Source: Harriotta raleighana (lineage: Eukaryota). From it: 64,000 nucleotides of DNA. The translations under genes were made by a program, and so were the position numbers. Below, piece by piece: positions 26,818 through 39,714 of the stretch (the stretch's first letter is position 1; each line of letters starts with the position of its first letter). The stretch is taken from positions 2,021,386-2,085,385 of the forward strand of contig JBNZDD010013625.1 of assembly GCA_050575255.1 (NCBI GenBank), read 5' to 3'. The notes under the pieces are model-generated. The model did not search any database. It saw only the letters and a list, made by a program, of their open reading frames with translations, and was not told the origin of the DNA.

Positions 26818-27524
26818 TCATTAACACAGGCTCATGTCTAGAAAATAAGATGTGCTAGACCTCTATTAATTGCAACACACCTGAAAATGGAACCTTCCCT
26901 TCCACCTCCCATTCCTTATATAATTATTATTGTATATTATTATTATTCGACTTGTAAACTAATTAGGTGCTTGGCTGGGCTCTGTTATTCTAACTCATTT
27001 TGCTTCCTTGCTTCACATGTGTGAGTCCAATAGCTTGCCCAAGTGTGGTTATCCACATGTGAATCATGACTGAGAATTTTAAAAAGGCCATTTACACTTA
27101 CTGGGGCAGTAAAATAAGCCCAGTCCATTCCTCATACACATCCTTTTCGAACTGAGGTCGCTAAATAGTAATTAGGGTAAACTGAGGATAATTTGTAGCA
27201 CCCTGATTGATGCAGTTAACAAGGCCCAGGCCACAATTTGAGCCTGTGACGTTCTGCTCTGAGAGGGAGGGATTGGGATGAGTACACTTTTCAACTCCGG
27301 AATTGAATAGGTCAGATTGATGACTTGGAAGTTTTTCTTTACCCTCCTCTCTCTCTCTCTCTCTTTGAAATAAATTAAGGTTAGTCTTCTTTCATCTCCA
27401 ATTGAGTAAGTTGCTAATCCATAATTCTGTTTTATCTGGAAGTCATATCACTCAGACAGACCTTAAAAATGGAGATGTCCCACTTCTTTCAGGTCAGGCT
27501 CAATGCATATTAATGAGGCATTGT

Positions 27525-27857
27525 AGATGCCTTTAGTTTGGTAGTTAAAGCACTCACCTTGCAAGCGTGAGGACCTGGGTTCAATACTGGCAAGGCGGAA
27601 AGTTGGACAAGTCTCTGTATACCCAGCAGTAAGTGGATTGGCAGATCGCATTTCCGGCGGTAATAATTCCTGTGGAAATTATTTGGTCACTCGATCTACG
27701 ACTGTTTGTGGGGCAATGCTGTACATGATGGATGCTACATTTTGCCCACAAAATCTGCAGTCAATTCATTTTCCAGTATACTCTGTGAAGCACTTTGAGT
27801 CATCCTAAAGATGTGATGAGGTGCTTCATCAAAAAGCAAGCATTCTTATTATTATTA
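27525..27857 (+). mobile_element. tRNA-headed SINE, long subfamily
   Basis: gcactcaccttgcaagcgtgaggacctgggttcaatac head, cccagcagtaagt centre, standard tail. Confidence 0.75.
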
Positions 27858-27978
27858 ATTGCAAAAGTGAGTTTGATGCTGCCTCCAATCCATTAGATAC
27901 GAGAACTCTTTGCACCCCTCACCTGAATGAGAACACAAATAGCTCAAAATAAAATGCTAAGAGCTAACGCAAAGTAAA

Positions 27979-28235
27979 TCATAGAATCATACAGCACACG
28001 AGGAGGCCATTTGGCCCAACGTGTCTGAGCCAGCACCTTGAAAGAGCTCTCTAATTAGTCCCACTCCAGTCTTTCTCCTTAAGCTTGCAATTTTTTTCGC
28101 TTCAAGTACCTATTGAATTCCATTTCAAATGTTATTCTTGAATCTGCTTTCACCACACTGTCAGGCAGTGCATTCCATATCGTAACAAATCGCTGTGTGA
28201 AAAAAAAAATACAATCTCCTAATTTCCACTCTGAT
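27979..28235 (-). mobile_element. CR1 LINE 3' end
   Basis: catagaatcatacagcacacgaggaggccatttggccc tail and downstream sequence similar to 6106-6330. Confidence 0.8.
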
Positions 28236-28387
28236 TCTTTTGCAAAAAAGCTTTACAAAGCTTTGCTTGCTGCACAGAACGTGGATGAAAGGGGAGGATC
28301 ATTAAATGTCATAAAATTATAAGAATCCTTGCTTTTGTGATAGAACTTTAACAAGTCGCTGACACATCTGAAAACACTTCACAGAAA

Positions 28388-28560
28388 AGAATCGTAGAAT
28401 CTTACGCCACAAAAAGAGGCCAATCGATCCATTGAGTCTGTGCCGGCTCTTTAAAAAGAGCAATTTAATCCCACTCCCCAGCCGTTTCCCCATAACCGCG
28501 CAAACCCGTCCTCCCCAAATAAATGTCTACCTCTCTTTTAACAGTTGTTATCGAATCAGC
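28388..28560 (-). mobile_element. CR1 LINE 3' end
   Basis: agaatcgtagaatcttacgccacaaaaagaggcc..., similar to the 3' UTR at 6106-6255. Confidence 0.8.
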
Positions 28561-28873
28561 CACATGCATGTATTGAATACTGCTGATAACTGGCATCTCT
28601 AGCTGATAACTTGCAGCTGCAACTCGGCTCCAATGGCATCAGTCTGTCGTTACATCTAAGCAGGGTTCTTGTGAGGTGGTTTAAGATGAATATCCAGTTA
28701 CCAGCACTATACAATTCTATACTTACTGTATACAGTAAGTAATCTTTGCTGTATTTAAAGTTGAACAAAGCCCGTCCTTCACTCTAACATAAAATGATCA
28801 TGAATCTAAAATTGAAGAAGTGTTATAGAAGGGTCTTATCTGAGGATTTTCATATCCTCAGAAACCCTTGATT

Positions 28874-29190
28874 AGTCCTGTAGCTCAGTGGTTAGAACAC
28901 ACACCTCGCAAGCGAAAGACCTGGGTTCGATTCCGGGCAGGGCAAAACTTTGGGCAATTTTCCTTAGACTACACACCTGATAATAATCCCTCAAGAAAAA
29001 AATAATAATAATTGTTCACTTAAATTGTCCAACCATTTGTGGGACACTGCTGTGCACAATTGCCTGCTGTGTTTCACCCACCAAATATACAGTCAAATCA
29101 CTTTTCAGTATATTCTGTGAAGTGCTTTGCAACGTGAAAACATGAAAAGAAGACGTGAAAAGTTCTATATCAAATGCAAGGATTATTATT
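28874..29190 (+). mobile_element. tRNA-headed SINE
   Basis: agtcctgtagctcagtggttagaacacacacctcgcaagcgaaagacctgggttcgattcc...caaggattattatt. Confidence 0.9.
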
Positions 29191-30366
29191 AGTAGTAATC
29201 TGGGATCACTTTTTGAATCCCATTCAAATGGCTATACACTTCTACATGGTCCCCTCTGAATTGTCTTCTATCAAAATTGAAGAGTTCTAGCTTGTCTAGT
29301 CATTGCTCAAAGCAGTTAATTGCTCATAGAGCATTCCTCTAACATCTCATTTCTGCTTGAAACTTCTTCTAGGTCTGGGTAGCCTCCTTATGTCTCATTG
29401 ACCAAAACTATCCACAGTATTCTAGTTGCAGACAGACCAGAGCATTTTATAGCTTGAGCTTTTCTTATCAGTGCAGTTTTAGACATTAAGCTTGATGTAA
29501 TGGATCATTTGAAAGACTTCACATCTAAGATTAAATCCATTTTGTAATTGCTGGATGCTCTGAAATACTGCACAGAATAGATCTAGACTAATTTGGACTT
29601 TCTTCCCATCTGTGACAAACCAGATCCTATTGATTCCTGGTGGAAAAGCATCAGATCCAATCTCAATTAACAGTCGATTACAAAATCTTGCCTCACGTAG
29701 AGAATCATCTGCAATGTTCTGGTTTCCAAGCTCAGCACATTAAATCAATCCACTAAACACCACCCAGAGATTGCAAGATATTTTAGTAACTAATCATCTT
29801 TCCATTAAAAAGGGTTCTGCTGAATGCTCTTTTGTTATTATTGTATAGACTGGATATTGAATGAATGATTCAATGAGCTGTGGTATAAAGATTCGCCTAT
29901 TGGCTGTTTTCATCTACTTTTTATAGAGGTCATGATCTAAACATAATGCTGATCCACGCATTACATATTTTGGCTGAGTAGTTTTCTGTTTAGCATGGTT
30001 AACCTGTCTAATACATTATTCATAATGCATAATTCAGCAGCAAATACATCATGAATATGCGTGGGGGATTTATATGTTGCAAATTTGTATTCATTCACTT
30101 CTCAGAAATCCAGAGTAAACCACAGTCTTTTATTAAAAAGAAATCAGGGAATCTGATCAGCATTAACTTCCATATTACTAACACTGATTAATTTACCAGC
30201 TCCGCAGGATTCTTTTCTGGAGTAAACTCGTACTTATGGTTAAACATTCCTCCTTGGCAGTCGGAGGGGTGAGGGGTACATAAAGAAACTGAGGAGATAA
30301 AAACAAGCTAGTCTACCTCGAGGGTGGCTTGCTAATGCTAATGGTATTGGTATTGAGTCAATTCTG

Positions 30367-30674
30367 AAGCTCCTGTGGCTCAGTGGTTAGAGAACTTGCC
30401 TTACAAGCATGAGGCCTGTGTTTGAATCCAGGCAGATCAGGGCGAAACCTTGGGCAAGTTTCCTTATTTCACCCGCGTATAATAATAATCCGTCCAAAAA
30501 AAACCACAGTAATAAAATTGGTCATTTGTGGGGACGCTGCTGAGTGCAATTGGCTGCCAATTTCGCCCACAAAGATACAGTCAATTCAATTTCCAGTATA
30601 TTCTGTGAAGCACTTTGAGACTTCGATAAGATGTGAAAAGTGCTATATCAAATGCAAGGATTATTATTATTATT
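30367..30674 (+). mobile_element. tRNA-headed SINE, short subfamily
   Basis: Full head and tail. Confidence 0.9.
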
Positions 30675-31279
30675 CTCTGTGATGGCCCCAGCAGTACAGT
30701 TGTAGAGCCAGACAGGCCTCTTGGACACTGCTGATGACAGGTGAGCCAGCCTAGCTCATCGGGAGAGCTTGCTCCCATTTCACTCCTGTTAATCTCTTCA
30801 AACCAAAGCCCCCCAACAGGTAGATTAGATAGATTACTCATAACTGGACAAATGGCATGGAGATTCCTGTGAGCTGTGAGATTAGTTGATTAAACTCCCA
30901 ACAATACATATTTGGGGGACCCCCAATCTTTGGGTCTTTCAGATCTTGCACATATTTTTTGAGGATTAGGTTAAACAGTGAATGTATCATCAGGGAGAGA
31001 GAATAACATTTGTTTCCAAACCAATGGAAATTTGCTGCATCTGTGGAATTCTCAGTCTGAGTTTGATGCTCTTATAAATCCCGTGGGTTTCTTTGACTGA
31101 CACACCTGTCTGAGCACAACCAATCTAGAATTGTTGCTGCTTTGAATTATGTCAACAGTTAGACAAACATTATCGTTCATATATCTTGAGCTGTACCTGA
31201 GTGTTATGTTTCCAGCCCCATGGGATGTCCTCCCAACATGAATAGTGCTCTACAAATATAATTTTGTTGTTGTTGTTCT

Positions 31280-31680
31280 ACTATAGAAGCCTAGAAATTC
31301 ACAGTACCGAAGGGAGCCATTTGACCTATCTTATCCTTTCCATCTCTTTTCATTGAAATAATTTCAATCCTACTTACCTGCCCTTTCTGCATCTCTTTGT
31401 AGTCGACTCTCTTTTTTTAAGGTACGCTATTAATCTAGTTCAATTTAGAAAACTAATATGGTTTCTGCCTCAACCGCCAATCTCAGGAGAGCATTCCATA
31501 TCCAAACTACTCTGTGTGGAAACAAAAATTGTCCATCCTTCCCATGTATTCATTTGCTATGGTAAATGGATACCCTCTAGTCAATGTCTCACAGACCATT
31601 GGAAATCATTTTTACCTACAGACTCTATCAAAAACTCCTCATAATTTGAAAGATCTTAATCGGATCATCCCTTTTTTCAA
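31280..31680 (-). mobile_element. Degenerate CR1 3' end
   Basis: gaagggagccatttgaccta, gcctcaacc and gcattccatatccaaactactctgtgtgg motifs resemble the other CR1 3' ends in the window. Confidence 0.6.
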
Positions 31681-32301
31681 GCAGAACTGCGATGTAATCT
31701 AGGCTAAAGATAGCTTCACTGAATACAATTTGGTGTTAACATTATTTAATTCACAATAATTAATGTAATGCATTTAGATTTATTTAAAAATCCCTTAAAA
31801 ATCTATTAAATATATAATAATAATCCTAGCATTCGATATTGCGCTTTTCACGTCTCATCGACGTCGCAAAGTCCTCTCTGCTATAATCCATTATTACAGT
31901 GTTAGCCTGGGAAACCCATAGCATAGAGAATTTCTTTTTACTTTATTGCACCAAGTTGAAGGTACAAAATGGACTGTGAGCCAGAAGACTATCATCCTCC
32001 CATCAAGGCTTCGATCTGCTTTTTAAATGAGTCTGGTGTACCAATTTTTCTGGCAACCTGCTACTGCCATTGATTACGCTTGAAAGTAAAATAAAAACAT
32101 TTTAAAACAAGAGAGAAAATGAGCTGAATCCCGGGAACTGTACGATTACCTTTAACATCCAGCACCTATCTTGTGTTGCAGTTTGAAAATGATGGATACG
32201 AGGTGGTTGTATTCGATTGTACAGTCAATGCATTTTAAAGCATATTCTGTGAAGCGATTTGGGACGGCTCAAATACGTGAAAAGGCAATGTGCAAGGAAT
32301 A

Positions 32302-32625
32302 TTATAATAATAATAATCCTTGCATTTGACATAGCGCTTTTCACATCTTATCAATGTCTCAAAGCGCTTCACAGTATATACTGTAAAGTGAATTGACTGT
32401 ATATTTGTGGGCAAAATGCAGCAGACAATTGCGCACAGCAGCGACCCCACAAACAGTCGTGGATTGAAATGAACAATTTTATTATTGTGGGTTTTTTTGG
32501 AGGGATTATTACTAGACATGTGAAGTAAGGAAACTTGCCCAAGGTTTTGCCCTGATCTGCCTGGATTCGAACACACTTCTCACACTTGTAAGGCGAGTGC
32601 TCTAACCACTGAGCTACAGGACTCC
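32302..32625 (-). mobile_element. tRNA-headed SINE, short subfamily
   Basis: Full head and tail. Sits tail-to-tail with a short + strand tail at 32215-32303. Confidence 0.9.
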
Positions 32626-34149
32626 TCAGTATTATTGTTAATTCACAGCAGCAGCAACGCAGAGCAGCTATGGAACTTAGTTCCTTGGGAATCCAAAGAG
32701 CTTGCTGCTAATATTTGCTGGTTTATAGATTACATGATTGGTAGAAAAACATTAGCAGTTTATGTTCTATAATCATGGTGCTTTAATCTGCCACTTACAA
32801 TGTGCTGCCCTCTTCCACTGGGGAGATTCAGGCAACATATTTGATGCAGGTGGAACAGAAGTGTCGTTATTGTCTCACAGTAGCTATAACATGAGGACAT
32901 GTTCAATTCTTTATTCATACCCTGCCTGCAAGAGGCTGTTCCATAACATTTAACTATGAATTTCAATCAATTTGTTTGAATCCCACTTTATAAAACCTCC
33001 ATCTAATTGAGCACAATAGACACATGACAGCTTCTAACTAAGTGATACTTTCATTTTAATTGTTCCTGTTTTCAATTCTATAATTTTATGTGCAGACATT
33101 AAAAGGAATGATGCACTGTTTGTCAGCTATTGATTTTTAATTTTTTTGCAAAGCAGAGAGTTGTTATACCATTAAATCTTTCTCTGCTAAGTTGTCTAAT
33201 TACAATTTACATGCATTTGCATAGTGTGGGTTTTCCAGACACATCTTGTTACAGCATAGCTGTAAATTTTGTAAGCATTTCTTCATTGTGTTTTGAAATT
33301 TCTGGATTCAAATCTCTCACTTGCATGGATATCTCAAAAGATAAATCTTACGTTTTTTTTACTTTTTTACTTTTCTTACTTCAAAATTTACTTTGAGCAC
33401 TGAACATGACTTTTAATTTTCAAAATACAGTACTTCTCAAACGGAAACCATACATTTGTGAATCTCTTAGTGGTATAGTTTGGAAGCTTTTAAGTATGAT
33501 GGGGTTAGGGTCCTATTTGGCTCTTCAGATGGACGTTAAAGATCCTATGGCAGTACGCTAAATGTGGTTTAGCCAAGGATTTATACAAATTCAACTTCAC
33601 CTTCTCACTTTCATATTCTCTCCCTGTATCCCAGCTAGCGCTCACTGTCAACACTTACATGTAAATAATTTGTGAAAGTTACTTGTGTTATGGACTGCAT
33701 GGAATCCCACAAATTAAACGCTATTCAGAGGGAAAAAGTAATCTGAGGCTATTGAGGCAGGAAGATAGAAATGAATGTCCATGGCAAGCAACGAGGATTT
33801 AACTGCTTAGACTAGAAGTTACCCCAACACACAATCTGGTGGTCTCCGAGCTTTGACTCTCGCCAATCTGTTCATAATATGTTTGGGAATTAAGTAAGCA
33901 GGATATATCCCATAAGGAAGAATGTATACACTCCATTCCAACAATCTTTCGCTGAAGTCGTCAGCGCCTTGGGATGTCCTCCCAACATGAAAGGCGCTCT
34001 ACAAATTATTTTTTTTTGTTTAGTTCTGTGTAGGTGGGATGCATGGGCTTCTCAGTTTTGTTTGTATATTCTTAAGCAGGTGATGGGTTACCACGTGTGT
34101 CAGACGCCCGGCTGATCAAAAATTAGAGAGTGGATATGAAGAAAGAGAC

Positions 34150-36045
34150 AAGCAGGGAACAGAAAGAAAAGTACTGAAGGCTTTTATAAATAAAGTACAT
34201 GAAAAGCAAAATACCATAATAGATACAGAATAAGTAGGGTCAATTGGAAATGAAAATGGGAATCCAGCCATAGAAAATGAAGGTATTGTAGAAATACTCA
34301 ATGAGTATTTCGCCTTAGTTTTTTAAGAGAATGTTGACAGAATGTTGGCTGAATGATCAGAAAGCAGGTTTTTTTTTTCCTTGACAGAAGAGACTGGCAT
34401 TGAAATGTTGAGTGTACAAAAGGAGACTGTGCAACAATTATAGGGATATCCAGTGAAAAGGAAGTGGTGCTAAAGAAATTGGCGAAAATCATAGAGGAAA
34501 ATCCTGGAGATTGATGTCATGCATCTGAGAATGTTCAGCGATGTCAGGGAGGAAATACTAGTATTGTAGATGTTTTTATGAATTTTTTGCATTCACAAGT
34601 TGTGTCAGGGGACTGAAGGGCAGCTAATGTAACATCTCTGTATGAAACAAAAGATCAGAACCAAAAGAGTAATTATAGACAAGGCGCTCTGTTTATAGAT
34701 AATTGGTATACAATACAGTTAACCCTTATCGAACGTGACTTTATCGATTGCGAATTCAAGTATACGTGACAAAAGTAATGCGTCACTTTTTTGTGCAATG
34801 CGCGTAAAACTTGTGTATACGCGCTGGTCGCCCATCGCGCGCATGCACACTTGGGAGGACACCGGCAGCTCCCGACTAAATCCGATGATTCCTTGGCTGG
34901 CTGGCCCCGTGCACAATGCATCCTTGGGAATGTCCAACGACTCTTCAGCCTCCGAGCATTCTGATGGCATTGCATGATAAACAGAAGAGACAGAGAGAGA
35001 GAGAGTCTCCTATCACTTCTAGAGCTAAAGGTACAATAATTTAGCCTTGCAATGTTTTTTTCCATTATTGCTTTATTTTTTATTGCTTTATTGCTTTGTG
35101 ATACTATTGCTTGATTGCTGGTGGGGGGAGGAAGAGCGGGTCAACTCACTGTACGTATCTTACATTGGTCAGTGTGGATGTGCCTGGCTGGATTCCCCTC
35201 ACTCCCCTTTCTGCCCTCTCCCGTCCCCTGACCGCCTGCTCCCTACCCGGTTGCTCTCTAGCTTTCTCTCTTCCCCAGCTGCCCTGTTCTCTCTCTGGCG
35301 GCTCTCTGCCCTCTCTGCCTGCTCCCATTCCTCACCAGCTGCTCTCTGCTCTCTCCATTCATTGGCTGCCCTCTCCCCTCTCCGGCTGCTCTCTCCCCGG
35401 TTGCTCTCTGCGTCCCTCCCAGGTTTCCCCTGTTTTGCCCATTTGCTGGGTGGTAGGGGAGGGGAGAGTGCAAGAGGGTGGGGGGGCGGAGCGAGGAGCG
35501 AGCCAGCCAGCTGTAGCCCGCCTCAATACATACCTTGCATTGGTCGGGTGTGGATGTGCCTGGAGGCTTGAGGTGGGTACCCTATGGCTGGATTCCCCTA
35601 ACTCCTCTTTACCCATTACCCAACGAGATTTTACTGAGTGCCCAGTTTTCCAGGAACATAACCCCCGCGATTGGTGAGGGTTAACTGTATATGGATTTTC
35701 AAAACATTTAGGTAAGATGTTGCATCGGAAACTGGTTATTAAGGTTGGAGCAAGTGGTATAAATGGACGGACAGAACATTGGTTAAAGGATGGGAAAGAA
35801 AGGGTGGGATTACAGAATTGTTATTTGCAATTAAAAGTGTCAAGTCATTAGAGTTAAGACTATTGCTGTTCTCCGTTTATATGAATAATCTGGATTTTGG
35901 TGCAAGGGACACGATTTCTAAATTTGCAAATGACATGAAATAGAGGGAGTAGCCAAGAATAAAGATTATGAGCAACTTCAAGAGGGATATGGACATATTA
36001 GATAATTGGTCAGATGGAAGGCAAATTAAGTATAATGTGGACCTT
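34150..36045 (+). mobile_element. Degenerate CR1 LINE ORF2 fragment interrupted by the Tigger-like element
   Basis: Remnants of LNEYF, ANVT.L and NYR lie before the insertion. YMDFQ, HRKLVIKV, YMNNLDFG, ISKFAND and LQ.DMD lie after it. Confidence 0.75.
34716..35687. mobile_element. Non-autonomous Tc1/mariner (Tigger/pogo-like) DNA transposon, 972 bp
   Basis: TA|CAGTTAACCCTtatcgaacgtg at the left end and cgcgattggtgAGGGTTAACTG|TA at the right. The terminal inverted repeat is perfect for 11 bp and imperfect to about 22 bp, with TA duplication. No transposase ORF is recognisable. Confidence 0.85.
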
Positions 36046-37949
36046 CCTATTTCATATGTCTTTTGGCATCTTTCCCCCCTTTTCCCACCTAACCACCCAC
36101 CCACTTGTTTTCCTCCTGAGTGTTGAAACGGTTCTTTCTGAGGACATTGAAACCTGAACACCTTACCTTCTCTATTCCCTTCTTCTTGCAACCTACTGGC
36201 CTTTAAACACTATTCATTGTGTCACTTAACCACTACATCTTGATTTACTTTATGCTCTCTCCTGCTCTTCTCTAACTTGGACTGTGAACTTTTGACCCAC
36301 CACTGAGCCTTTTCAATTATATTCAAGGAACTCTATAAGTCAAAGCATCCATCATCCATGGAATATTTACCTCAACATTATTGATCCTGCTAAACAAAGG
36401 ATGTAGGTAGAGGAGTGAGACGATAGCAAGTCGAAGAAGTAATGAGGTGCTAAAGCTTGAAGTGATTTGTTGGCAAGTGTGAGGAACTTGAAATCAGAAT
36501 ATCAATGACATCAAAATATTTTCAATACATTCACTCCCAAACACCGTGCCTGGATTTAAGTGATTTATTGTTTAGTTATTAAAATATGCTAAAGCCATTG
36601 GTATAAACACGAAACGTACATTTGCTTCATGTATTGAGTCGGATCCATTGGGTAGTTAATGATAATCTTTGTTTTCTGACACCGTGCCTATAGCGTAAAA
36701 AATCTCAAGCACTCCACAGAGAATTGCTGCAAAGTGCAATGACTGTGTATTTGTAGGTGAACACTGCAATCAATTTACAAACAGCAATGTCCCCCAAGCA
36801 GCCGTGAAATGAATGACCAATTTCTCTGGGGAAGTGTTGGCCAGACCCAAAAATACCACAATCAAATCCAAATCAATAATGACCTACATTTATATCGTGT
36901 TTTATATATAAAAATAACATCTCAAAGCAATTTTAGTTGACACCTGGGGTTAAATAAGAGTTTAACATTGTTGATCAAAAAGATTATTTTATTAAGGATA
37001 TTTTTGAAGGCAGGGAGGGAAGAAGCAAGTTGAAGTGGTTTTGGAAGAGGGTTTGGTGGTATATAAGAAGTGTGGAACAAGCAATAAACCAGATTTTTGA
37101 AGATAAAGACTTTATAGATATGCATAACCCTTTAAAGGGGATCGCAAATGTAAATCCAGAACAATATTTTAGAACACACTGGAAGAGTAGAACAAGAGGA
37201 CACAATAATAATCCTTGCATTTGGCATAGCAACTTAACATGTCTTTGAGACATTACAAAGCTCTTCATAGAATATACTGTAAAATGAATTGACTGTGTTT
37301 TGTGGGTCAAAATCCTGTTTAAATAGATAAGGGCGCAAGAAAATTATTTTGTACAGTTTGGGTTTATAGAGAATGCAGGCAAGTTTGTTTTTAAATTACT
37401 ATATTGAGATCCTCTCATTGCTTGTTTAACTCCGAGTAATTTGCCTGCTTTCCTTCCCTTTGTTCATGCTACAACTGTGTTTAATGAACTGGTTAATATT
37501 GCAAGGGGCACTTTTAAATTAAGTATTCCAGGTGAGAGATTTTAGTTTAAGAATCTATTCCATCCTAAACATCCCCTTTTATTAGATAATGACTAATTTT
37601 TTTGTTCCTTAACAAGTTAATTGAGTTACTATTGCCCAACAGGGATGCTTTATTAGTTCTGAAATGTTCTTCTTCTGCGTTAACCAATCTATTATGAAAA
37701 TTCAGTACAAGCAAATTACAACAGCATAAAGACAGAGAAGAACCCTTGTAACCTAAGGCCTTGAATTGAGTGTCAATTCAGAAGCTAGGGAAACACTGCC
37801 ATCTTTCAGACGTGCAATCTACTGTACCTGTTTGGGTTGATTTAAAAGATATTGTGGCACTATTCAAAAAACAAAAGGACTGTGTTTCATGTTTAAAGGG
37901 TAGTAAATGTGTGTGACCATAATACACCCCCACTCGCCTGACTCTACTT

Positions 37950-38440
37950 GCATCCCATCGCACAGATGGTACAGTTCGAGATCCTGGTCGTCACATTCAA
38001 AGCTCTCCATGAGCTTGCTCCTCCCAACCTCTGCGACCTGCTAACCACCTACCAATCAGCCCGCGCTCTCCCTTCAGTGGGCTCTGGCCTGCTTCATGTC
38101 CCCCTCCTCATCCACCCCACTAAAGGTGGGCGGGTCTTCAGCCACTCTGCCTATACCCTCTGGAACTCCATCCTGTAGTCCTCTGCCTCGCCCCATTCCC
38201 TGTCTCCTTCAAGATCCACCTCAAGACCCTCCTCTTTGACCAGGCTTTTGATCAACCTGCTCCCCCTCCCCTCCACCCTCCCCAATCCTTACCCCTTAGC
38301 TCGGGTCCAAAACACTGACTGTCCAGCGCCTTGGGACGTCCTCCTGACGTGAAACGCGCTCTATAAATGCAATCTTGTTGTTGATGTTGTTGTTGTCCTC
38401 CCGATGTGAAAGGAGCTATACAAAGGTAAATTTGTTGGTA
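37950..38440 (+). mobile_element. L2 LINE 3' end with a second short L2 tail appended
   Basis: VQFEILVVTFKALHELAPPNLCDLL...GGRVFSHSAYTLWNS. Tail gcgccttgggacgtcctcctgacgtgaaacgcgctctataaatgcaatc(ttg)n. Confidence 0.9.
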
Positions 38441-38823
38441 ATGTTTTGTACATAGCAGCCAATTTGCAACAGCATGTCCTCAAAACAGTCAGACAGTAGT
38501 TGACAATGTGTTAATGGATCACATTATCCTACAGGAAGTAATGTACAATAAAGCTTGCATGTCATACAGTGGCGCATTAGGTTATTGAGAAGTCTCAAAA
38601 TGCTTCGCGAGATTTTACTCTGAAGTGTGGTGACTGAACATTTTGCAGGTCAATTTGTGTGCAACAATGTCCCACAAACAGCCATAAAGCAAACAACCAT
38701 ATTCANGAAAGCGGCAGTCAATTTGTGTGCAACAATGTCCCACAAACAGCCATAAAGCAAACAACCATATTCATCTGGGGTGGGGGGGGCGGTGTTTAAA
38801 ACAAATAAAATGAATTGAAACAT

Positions 38824-39028
38824 AAACAGAAGTTGCTGGGAAAACTCAGCAGGTCAGGCAGCACCTAGGGAGAAAGGAAAAGTGAGTCAATGTTTCGGGT
38901 CCCCAACCCTTTGCCAGTCACCAGGACTCACTTTTCCTTTCTCCGTAGATGCTGCCTGACCTGCTGAGTGTTCCCAGCGATTCCTGTTTTTGTTTCAGAC
39001 TTCCAGCATCTGCAGTATCTTGCGTTTT
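38824..39028. mobile_element. Penelope-like terminal repeat in inverted (fold-back) arrangement
   Basis: Left arm aaacagaagttgctgggaaaactcagcaggtcaggcagc...gtgagtc is mirrored by gactcacttttcctttctcc...gctgcctgacctgctgag...ctgtttttgtttc. A degenerate hammerhead lies in the left arm. Confidence 0.7.
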
Positions 39029-39159
39029 TGAAAATAAATTGAAACTGAGCAAGATTTTTTAAAAATGAGACTGTGATTATTCACCACTTTACCCCCCGCA
39101 CCCCATGGTATTCACCACCCCTCCCGGATATAACCACAGATCACTGTCCAGCATCTTGG

Positions 39160-39437
39160 GACCTGTGTTCGAATCCAGGCAAGTCAGGGTGAAACCTTGG
39201 GCAACTTTCCTTACTCCACACACCCAATAATAATCCCTCCAAAAAAAACAAGAAGAAAATTGGTCATTTCAATCCACGACTGCGCAATTGGCTGCCACGT
39301 CTTGCCCACAAATTTACAGTTTATTCACCTTACAGTGTATTCTGTGCAGTGCTTTGAAAAGGAGGGTCTTGAAGTGGATCTTGAAGGAGACAAGGAGACG
39401 TGAAAAGCGCAATATCAAATGCAAGGATTATTATTAT
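39160..39437 (+). mobile_element. 5'-truncated tRNA-headed SINE with a 40-bp foreign insert
   Basis: Starts at gacctgtgttcgaatcc. The tail is interrupted at 39357-39396. Confidence 0.85.
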
Positions 39438-39714
39438 TCATTATTATCCTTACCAAAGTGAAACGTGCTATGTAAATGCAACTTATTGTTGGGGTTGTTG
39501 TGGCTGGTATTGCCAGAATCTTAAATTTGTTGCTGTTAGTCATTGGTAACATCTATTGTTGTGGTTTCATTTTAACAATCTAGCTTCATGTTTGATATTT
39601 AGATGGAGAATCATAAGCTAAACTTCCACCTGCAAATGGCATAACAGAACCTCATCAAATAGCACTGATTGATGCAGTTTCCGCTCAGGGAAAGCCTTTT
39701 TGCAATCAGAATAG

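Noticed and set aside
28874-28940. tRNA-like sequences at SINE 5' ends
   Set aside because: No acceptor stem closure, and each continues into a SINE body, so these are not tRNA genes.
35047-35677. 174-aa and 188-aa ORFs
   Set aside because: Low-complexity CT-rich transposon interior with no domain-like content.
38650-38774. Short tandem duplication
   Set aside because: Joined at single N 38706.
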